IMG/VR virus record: IMGVR_UViG_2868108522_000001
Span: 1 to 64,000 of that record
Source of the DNA: a virus
Taxonomy: Duplodnaviria > Caudoviricetes
Length of the DNA stretch: 64,000 nucleotides
Strand: one strand, 5' to 3'
Shown here: piece after piece, positions 57,643-64,000 of the stretch
How positions within the stretch are numbered: the stretch's first letter is position 1
How the letters are laid out: every line of letters starts with the position of its first letter
Position numbers and translations under genes: made by a program
The notes under the pieces: generated by a model
Databases searched by the model: none
Told to the model about the DNA's origin: nothing
Seen by the model: only the letters and a program-made list of their open reading frames with translations

Positions 57643-59108
57643 CCCTGTCGATTCCCGAGCTGCCGCTGGTGTATCTGTCTGACGAGGAGCAGGCGCTGAT
57701 CAACCTGCTGCGTGCCGACATGCTGCGGGACCGGTGGGCGCTGCAGTTGCGGGACGCCTATTTCAACGGCGAGCAGCTGATCCGCGACCTGGGAATCTCG
57801 ATTCCGCCGCAGCTCAAGGGTCTGCATACGGTGATCGGCTGGCCTCGGGTGGGTGTCGAAAGCCTGGAGGAGCGCCTGGATTTGGAGGCGTTCCGGTGGG
57901 CGGACGGCTCGGATTCGTCGGAGTTGACGGAGATCGCCGAGGCGAACGACCTGTTCGACGAGTCGTCGCTGGCTCACCTGGACGCCTTCGTGTACGGCCG
58001 GGAGTATCTGGCGGTCGGTTCGGGTGGTTGCGGAACGGATGAGTGCCCGCCGCTGATCACGGCGGAGTCGCCGTTGGACATGACGCTGATGTGGGATGCC
58101 CGCATGCGCATGGGCACCGCGGCGCTCCGCGAGTGCGCCGCCGACTCGTACATTGAGGCGGGCCCTGAGCAGCGGATGCTGGTCCTGTATCTGCCGGACC
58201 AGACGGTGATGTGCTTGCCGTCGGAGTCGGGAGGCTGGGAGGTCGTCGACCGGGACGAGCACAAGCTCGGTGTCGTGCCGGTGGTCAGGTTGGCGAACCG
58301 GCAGCGAACTGCGGACCGGGTCGGCAAGTCGGAGATCACGCCTGAGGTCATGTCGATCACGGATGCCGCCTGTCGGCGCCTGATGGGTATCGAGGTCGCG
58401 GCCGAGTTCTTCGGGGCGCCAGCTCGCTACATTCTGGGTGCAAGCGAGTCTGCGTTCCAGGATGCAGAGGGCAACGCCAAGTCGGCGTGGGAAACGTATA
58501 TCGGTCGGGTGCTCGCGCTGGAGCGGGACGAGGAAGGCAACGTGCCGGACGTAGGTACGTTCCCCGCCCATGATCCGTCCGGCCAGACGAAGATCATCGA
58601 TCTGTATGCGCGGATCATGGCGTCGCAGATGTCGGTGGCCCCGCACGTCCTCGGCTACAGCAGCGACAACCCAGCCTCCGCAGACGCGATCCGGTTCGCC
58701 GACAACCGGCAGGTGAAGAAGGCCGAGCGCCGCATCCGCCGGTTCGGTGCAGGGTGGCAGCAGGCCATGCGGCTCGCCCTGTGGATCCGTGACGGGGAGC
58801 CGCCGGACAAGACGCGTCGCATCGAAACAGTGTGGCGGAATCCGGCGACACCGACGGTGGCCGCCCAGGTGGATGCCACGGTCAAGCTGGTGCAGGCAGG
58901 CGTCCTCCCGGCGGACAGTGACGTCACCCTGGAGATGGCTGGGTTCACGGAGCCGCAGCGGCAGCGAATCGCGGCGGACCGGCGCCGTGGCGCCGGTCGG
59001 GCGGCTGGCAGCGCGCTACTCGACCGTTTCGCCGAGATCCGGGCTGGCTCGTCTACGGCGAGCACCGAGCCGTCGGAGGCCGACGGTGGCGTCGACGACC
59101 TCGGATAG
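57639..59108 (+). CDS. Portal protein
   Basis: YFNG, GWPRVGV..L.ERL, GKSEI, NPASADAI, WRNP; follows terL. Confidence 0.9.
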   Translation: MTLSIPELPLVYLSDEEQALINLLRADMLRDRWALQLRDAYFNGEQLIRDLGISIPPQLKGLHTVIGWPRVGVESLEERLDLEAFRWADGSDSSELTEIAEANDLFDESSLAHLDAFVYGREYLAVGSGGCGTDECPPLITAESPLDMTLMWDARMRMGTAALRECAADSYIEAGPEQRMLVLYLPDQTVMCLPSESGGWEVVDRDEHKLGVVPVVRLANRQRTADRVGKSEITPEVMSITDAACRRLMGIEVAAEFFGAPARYILGASESAFQDAEGNAKSAWETYIGRVLALERDEEGNVPDVGTFPAHDPSGQTKIIDLYARIMASQMSVAPHVLGYSSDNPASADAIRFADNRQVKKAERRIRRFGAGWQQAMRLALWIRDGEPPDKTRRIETVWRNPATPTVAAQVDATVKLVQAGVLPADSDVTLEMAGFTEPQRQRIAADRRRGAGRAAGSALLDRFAEIRAGSSTASTEPSEADGGVDDLG

Positions 59109-59901
59109 CTCACCCGGTGTGGCCCGTTGGCGGTCCGCGCAGCAGGGCTTGACGGCTCTGCTGCTGCGGGATCTGCGAACGCTGCGGCGGCTGATCAATC
59201 CGCGCCGGTTGCAGGCGACGGTGCCCCCGTGGATCGAGGCAGTGGCCGCTGTGGTGGACCAGTACGCGGAAGTGTCGGCGGCTCTGGCCGCGGACTTCTA
59301 CGACGGGCAGCGCGCAGACGCCGGTGTGCCGGACGGGTTCACGGCCCGGCTGGCGGACGCCCCGCCGGGCGAGCAGGTGGACGCGTCAATGCGGTGGGCC
59401 ACGAAAGACGTATGGGACCGAGACGCCGACGTGGCGACCCCGGTGCAGCTGGAGCCGCTGGACGTCCGGCTGGAGGCCGCGTTCGTGAAGGCGGACATGG
59501 CCACACAGCGTCTTGTGGCTGATGTGGGCCGGGAGACGGTCCGTCAGGCGGTCAGGCAGGATCGGCAGGCTGTGGCGTATGCCCGGGTGGCAGCGCTCGG
59601 CGCCTGCTCCTTCTGCAAGCTCATGGCATCCCGCGGGTCGGTCTATGCCACGGCAGAAACCGCAGGTCGGGATGCGAATGACCGGTTCTCCGGTGACGCG
59701 TCGGTGGTGAAGTTCCACAACAACTGCCACTGCGGGATCCTGCCGGTCTTCCGCGGTCAACGGTTCCAACTGTCGCCGCACGCGGCGCGCTGGGACGAGA
59801 TCTACCGCGAGTACGCCCAAGGCCATCCGGGAGACCAGCTTCGCCTGTTCAGGCGGGCCCTGGCGGAGCACGACGACCATCCGCTTCCCGGATCTCACTG
59901 A
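59086..59901 (+). CDS. MuF-like minor head / capsid maturation protein
   Basis: YARV..ACSFCKLMASRG.VY, FHNNCHC. Confidence 0.75.
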   Translation: MASTTSDSSPGVARWRSAQQGLTALLLRDLRTLRRLINPRRLQATVPPWIEAVAAVVDQYAEVSAALAADFYDGQRADAGVPDGFTARLADAPPGEQVDASMRWATKDVWDRDADVATPVQLEPLDVRLEAAFVKADMATQRLVADVGRETVRQAVRQDRQAVAYARVAALGACSFCKLMASRGSVYATAETAGRDANDRFSGDASVVKFHNNCHCGILPVFRGQRFQLSPHAARWDEIYREYAQGHPGDQLRLFRRALAEHDDHPLPGSH

Positions 59902-59964
59902 TCAACCCGGTCGCCCTGGTGGCGGCCTTCCCCTTTTCCACAGCCCCTGGAGGGCCGATTCGTC

Positions 59965-60624
59965 ATGCCCGAAGAGACCGAGACCAGCGAGCAGCAGACC
60001 GACTCCGGCACCGAGGAGACCGTCGACGAGACGGCCACCGAGGAGACGGACGGCGCCGAGCAGCAGGAGACCGCCCAGGAGGCGGACACCGGCAGTGAGG
60101 AGAAGCCGTTCGACCGGAAGCAGGCCGAGGCAAAGATCCGCAAGGCGAACTCGGAGGCCGCGAACCTCCGCAAGCGCCTGAAGGAACAGGAGCCTCTGCT
60201 CGCCGAGCTGAAGAAGCGCAAGGACGCGGAACTCTCCGAGTCCGAGCGCCTCAACGAGCAGCTCGCTGCCGCACAGGAGCAGATCACGAAGACGCGGCAG
60301 CGGCTGGTCCGCAGCCAGGTGCAGGCCCTCGCCAGCACTGCAACCCAGGAGCGGGCGGCGTTCGCCGATCCGGCTGACGCGTTCGGCGAGCTCGACCTGG
60401 ACTCGTACATCGACGACTCGGGCGACATCGACGAGCCCGCCATCGAGGCGGATCTTCAGGCGCTGTTGGAGCGCAAGCCGCACTGGGCGAAGACCCAGCC
60501 CCAGGAGGGCCCGCGGCGTCCCGCGCCGGACCGCACACAGGCGTCCGGCGCCAACAAGCAACGGCCCCTCAACCCTGCGGACGAGTTCGCGGGGTTCATG
60601 AACACGCGGCTTACGCGCCGCTGA
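59965..60624 (+). CDS. Scaffolding protein
   Basis: Acidic N-terminus, EAANLRKRLK coiled coil; before capsid. Confidence 0.8.
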   Translation: MPEETETSEQQTDSGTEETVDETATEETDGAEQQETAQEADTGSEEKPFDRKQAEAKIRKANSEAANLRKRLKEQEPLLAELKKRKDAELSESERLNEQLAAAQEQITKTRQRLVRSQVQALASTATQERAAFADPADAFGELDLDSYIDDSGDIDEPAIEADLQALLERKPHWAKTQPQEGPRRPAPDRTQASGANKQRPLNPADEFAGFMNTRLTRR

Positions 60625-60636
60625 AAGAGGTAGATC

Positions 60637-61593
60637 ATGGCGGCTACGCCTGCCCTCAAGCTGTCCGACGTCAACGATGCACTTCTGCCCCGCACTCTCG
60701 CGGGGCCGATCTTCGAAAAGTCGGTCGAATCCAGCGCGGTCATGCAGCTGGCCCGTCCGGCTCCGCTCGCCCTGGACGCGACGACCTCGGTTCCGATCCC
60801 GCTGGACGTGCCGACCGCCGACTGGGTCGGCCAGGCCGCAAGGAAGCCGCTGTCCAGCGGCGGTGTCGCGGTGAAGCAGATGCAGGCGAAGAAGGTCGCC
60901 GTGCTGATCCCGGTCGCCGAAGAGGTCGTCATGACCAACGCGGGCGGCCTGTGGACGCAGCTCCAGAAGGATCTGCCGACCGCGTTCGCCCGTGCCTTCG
61001 ACCACGCGGCGATCCACGGCAAGACCATGAAGGGCGCCACCGGCCCCTTCGCCGACTACCTGGCGGCCACCGACAACGAGGTCGTCCTCGGTACGGCGCC
61101 GCGCGACGAGGGCGGCATCTGGGCCGACTTCGTCGACGGCATGGAGTTGGTCGTCGATGAGGACTGGGACTACACCGGTACCGTCGCGGACCACCGGCTG
61201 AAGCCGAAGCTGCTGCGTGCGACGGACGCGAACGGTCAGCCCATCCTGGTGGACACGCAGACGCCGGGTACGAACATGGCGGCGGCCGGCACGCTGGTTG
61301 GTGAGCCGCTCGCGTACTCCCGCAGTGTGTCGGGTAAGCAGCGTCGGCAGTCCGCCAGTACGGACACGGGCCTGCGGGCGATCGGCGGCGACTGGAGCCA
61401 GGCGGCCTACGGGATCGGCATGGACATCACCGTGCGGATCTCTAAGGAGGCGACCTACGTCGACGAGGACGGCGGCGTGCACTCTGCGTTCCAGGAGAAC
61501 CTGGTGCTGCTGCTGGCGGAGGCCTACTACGGCTTCGTCATGGGCGCCGAGGACGCGTTCGTCCGCTTCACTGGCGCCGCGAGCGGTTCCTGA
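60637..61593 (+). CDS. Major capsid protein (HK97 fold)
   Basis: 318 aa; KKVAVLIPV.EE, AFARAFD.A, GDWS, FQENLV. Confidence 0.9.
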   Translation: MAATPALKLSDVNDALLPRTLAGPIFEKSVESSAVMQLARPAPLALDATTSVPIPLDVPTADWVGQAARKPLSSGGVAVKQMQAKKVAVLIPVAEEVVMTNAGGLWTQLQKDLPTAFARAFDHAAIHGKTMKGATGPFADYLAATDNEVVLGTAPRDEGGIWADFVDGMELVVDEDWDYTGTVADHRLKPKLLRATDANGQPILVDTQTPGTNMAAAGTLVGEPLAYSRSVSGKQRRQSASTDTGLRAIGGDWSQAAYGIGMDITVRISKEATYVDEDGGVHSAFQENLVLLLAEAYYGFVMGAEDAFVRFTGAASGS

Positions 61594-62621
61594 TGGGGGC
61601 GGTCCCGGCTTCCGCGCCGGGCGGGACCGCCAAGCCGCTGCGGGTCGTGGCTCGTGTTCACGCGATGCCGCCGGAGCACAACGCTGGGGCCGAGCACATG
61701 CTCGTGTCGATGCTTCGGCCGCTGGTGGAACGTGGCCACGACGTGCAGGTGTGGCTGTCCCGCTACGGCAAGGCCCACCAGGAGTACGACTACCGCGGCA
61801 TCAAGGTCGTCCCTCTGGAGTCCCGCCTGGACTTCCCGTCGGCGGTCCGCAAGGCGGACGTGCTGCTGGCGCATCTGGAGACGGTCCCATCGACGGCGTC
61901 GCTGGCCCGCGGCTACGGCAAGCCTCTGGTGGTGGTGTGCCACAACACGCACCGGCCGACGTTCCGGGATGCTGCGGCGGGCGGGACCGCCTTGGCGGTC
62001 TACAACTCGCTCTGGATGGAGCGGGAGGCGGAGCTGTTCTTCGCCGAGTACCCGAAGGCCATCCGGCCCACCGAGTCGCTGATCGTGCGACCTCCAGTGT
62101 TCGCCGACGAGTACGCAACGAAGCCCGGCAAGGCCATCACGCTGATCAACTGCAACCCGGAGAAGGGCGGCCGGGTCCTCAAGGCTCTCGCCGAACGGAT
62201 GCCGGACCAACAGTTCCTCGCCGTGAAGGGCGCCTACGGCCAGCAGATCCTCCCCGACCTGCCCAACGTCGAAATCGTCGACCACGTCCGCGGCGAGGAC
62301 ATGCGGCAGCGGGTGTATACCCGCACTCGGGTGCTGCTGATGCCGTCGTCCTACGAGTCGTGGGGCCGTGCCGGCGTGGAGGCGCTCGCCAGCGGCATTC
62401 CTGTCCTGGCTCACCCAACGCCGGGCCTGTGCGAGTCCCTCGGCGAGGCCGGCATCTTCGTCGACCGAAACGACGTCGACGGCTACGAGGCGGTCCTGCG
62501 GAAGCTCGCGGCTCCTGCCGAGTACCGGCTGGCGTCGAAGCGGGCGAAGACCCGGTCCGCCGAACTGGACCCGGCTGCTGATCTGGCGGCGTGGTGTTCG
62601 GCTGTGGAGTCTCTGGCCTGA
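61593..62621 (+). CDS. GT-B fold (GT4) glycosyltransferase
   Basis: GAEHM..LVERGHDV, EKGG, LMPSSYESWGRAGVEALASGIPV. Confidence 0.85.
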   Translation: MGAVPASAPGGTAKPLRVVARVHAMPPEHNAGAEHMLVSMLRPLVERGHDVQVWLSRYGKAHQEYDYRGIKVVPLESRLDFPSAVRKADVLLAHLETVPSTASLARGYGKPLVVVCHNTHRPTFRDAAAGGTALAVYNSLWMEREAELFFAEYPKAIRPTESLIVRPPVFADEYATKPGKAITLINCNPEKGGRVLKALAERMPDQQFLAVKGAYGQQILPDLPNVEIVDHVRGEDMRQRVYTRTRVLLMPSSYESWGRAGVEALASGIPVLAHPTPGLCESLGEAGIFVDRNDVDGYEAVLRKLAAPAEYRLASKRAKTRSAELDPAADLAAWCSAVESLA

Positions 62622-62631
62622 GGAGGGCGTG

Positions 62632-63042
62632 ATGGCATTCGTCCCTCCGACCGCGGAGCAGCTCGGCCTGTACCTCGGTCTCGGTGAGATCGACGGAGCG
62701 CGGGCGGATCTGCTTCTCGCAACGGCGATCTCGCTCTGCCAGACGATCGTGAAGCCTCTCCCTGAGGGCGCTGAGGCGGTTGTCCTGTCGGTCGCGGGTC
62801 GTGCCTACGTGAATCCGCAGCAGGTGTCCTACGAGACGATCGGCCCGATGTCGGTGCAGCGCCCTCAGGGCTCTGGCGGCCTGTACCTGACGAAGGCCGA
62901 CAAGAGTGCGCTCAAGAGTCTCGCCGGCCGGGGCGGGGCGTTCACGATCGACCCGACACCGGCGGAGGCGGATCCGTCGCCGACGTGGCCTGTCGACGAC
63001 ATGGGCTTCGCCGACGAGTTCGAACCGGGCTGGGGCTACTGA
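62632..63042 (+). CDS. Head-to-tail adaptor
   Basis: RAYVNPQ..ETIGP..GGLYLT. Confidence 0.75.
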   Translation: MAFVPPTAEQLGLYLGLGEIDGARADLLLATAISLCQTIVKPLPEGAEAVVLSVAGRAYVNPQQVSYETIGPMSVQRPQGSGGLYLTKADKSALKSLAGRGGAFTIDPTPAEADPSPTWPVDDMGFADEFEPGWGY

Positions 63043-63413
63043 TGCCCGCCCCGTACCCGTTCGGGGAGACGGTGCGGATCGTCCGCACCGGCCTGTCGCC
63101 GGGCCGTAATCCTCGGGGCCAGCCGCTGCCGGGACCGGACGAGTCGTTCGACATTCCGGGCTGTGTGGTCGCGCCGAGGGCGGAGACGCCGCAGGTGGGC
63201 GGCGAGCAGCAGCAGGAGCGGGACACGGTCATCGTCGGCTGGACCGTGTATGCGCCCGCCGATCAGCCCGGTATGCCGCTCCGCACCACGGACAAGGCCC
63301 GCATCCGCGGCGTCGACTGCGACATCACCGGCGAGCCAGGCGATTGGGGCCGCTCCCCATTCACTGGCACCCGCGGCGTCGTCCAGTTCGCCGCCGACCG
63401 TGTCACCGGCTGA
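63042..63413 (+). CDS. Head-to-tail stopper
   Basis: TVYAP..D..RIRG....GEP..W.SPFTG. Confidence 0.75.
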   Translation: MPAPYPFGETVRIVRTGLSPGRNPRGQPLPGPDESFDIPGCVVAPRAETPQVGGEQQQERDTVIVGWTVYAPADQPGMPLRTTDKARIRGVDCDITGEPGDWGRSPFTGTRGVVQFAADRVTG

Positions 63414-63428
63414 CGGAGGGAGGCCGTC

Positions 63429-63758
63429 ATGCCTGGCAGGTTCAAGCCGAAGCGGAAGGGCATCGGGCAGATGCTGCGTATGCCTGGCATGCAGGCGGAG
63501 ATGCTGCGCCGCGCCGAGGTCATCAAGGGCATCGCCGTGGCGACGTCCCCGGTCGATACGGGCAGCTACCGGCCTGGCCTGTACAAGTCGTCGTGGGAGA
63601 CGGACAGTACCCGGCGTGGTGGCCGCCGCCGGGACCGCGCTGTCGCCTACGTCCGCAACCCGACCTACTACGCCCGCTGGGTGGAGTACGGCACGGAGAA
63701 GGTGCCCGCGCATCACGTGCTGCTGCGGGCAGCCCAGTTGGGTGGGCGGAACCAGTGA
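63429..63758 (+). CDS. HK97 gp10-like neck protein
   Basis: SPVDTG.Y..S, YARWVEYGT. Confidence 0.75.
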   Translation: MPGRFKPKRKGIGQMLRMPGMQAEMLRRAEVIKGIAVATSPVDTGSYRPGLYKSSWETDSTRRGGRRRDRAVAYVRNPTYYARWVEYGTEKVPAHHVLLRAAQLGGRNQ

Positions 63759-64000
63759 CCGTGGTCGTCGACATTGAGGGTGAGCTGATCCCTCGCGCGC
63801 AGGCCCGCTGGCCGGACGCCGTGGTCCGGGACGAGCTGGACAACGAGCTGCTCAACGAGCTGCCGACGATTCAGATCACGCAGGTTCCGGCTGGGGAGCT
63901 TGCTGCCAGCAGGCTGGCCCGAATGCTCGTCGACATCGACGTGTACGCGGCCACCCGCCAAGCAGCGTTCGACTTGGCCCGCGAGACCGTCACGTGGGTG
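63755..64000 (+). CDS. Tail terminator, truncated by window end
   Basis: GTGA overlap; LP.IQI..V..G...VDIDVYAATR. Confidence 0.6.
   Translation, partial: MTVVVDIEGELIPRAQARWPDAVVRDELDNELLNELPTIQITQVPAGELAASRLARMLVDIDVYAATRQAAFDLARETVTWV

Larger units (their letters stand above)
376..64000. mobile_element. Temperate prophage (siphovirus-like), right end beyond window
   Basis: Integrase at junction, immunity switch, replication, packaging and head/neck genes in canonical order; left boundary approximate. Confidence 0.95.

Noticed and set aside
1-64000. tRNA, rRNA, lysis and tail genes
   Set aside because: None recognised; tail and lysis genes presumably lie beyond the right edge

Overview
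High-GC actinomycete DNA (Streptomyces-like by gene content). Apart from the first ~380 bp, the window is the left ~63.6 kb of a temperate siphovirus-like prophage. It appears integrated into the 3' end of the host undecaprenyl-diphosphate phosphatase gene (uppP/bacA). Gene order: tyrosine integrase; repressor/Cro/excisionase switch; early genes (beta-clamp, RecE/RecT-like pair, initiator with internal iterons, DnaC-like loader, PAPS-reductase-like protein, DnaB, C5 methyltransferase); accessory morons; a ~13 kb block resembling a Streptomyces conjugation module (HTH repressor, two NUDIX genes, Spd-like membrane proteins, TraB/FtsK translocase, candidate clt) with no recognisable integrase or Rep of its own; late regulators; two paralogous 3-gene fibre-like cassettes; a glycosyltransferase/methyltransferase/epimerase cluster; HNH nucleases; terminase, portal, scaffold, capsid, a second glycosyltransferase and head-tail genes, truncated at the window end. 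Best candidate novel system: a dual-mode 'conjugative prophage' that could spread both as virions and by TraB-mediated mycelial transfer. Other highlights are a possible split-UppP rescue at the att site and probable virion glycosylation. All product calls come from motif recognition by eye; no database searches were run.
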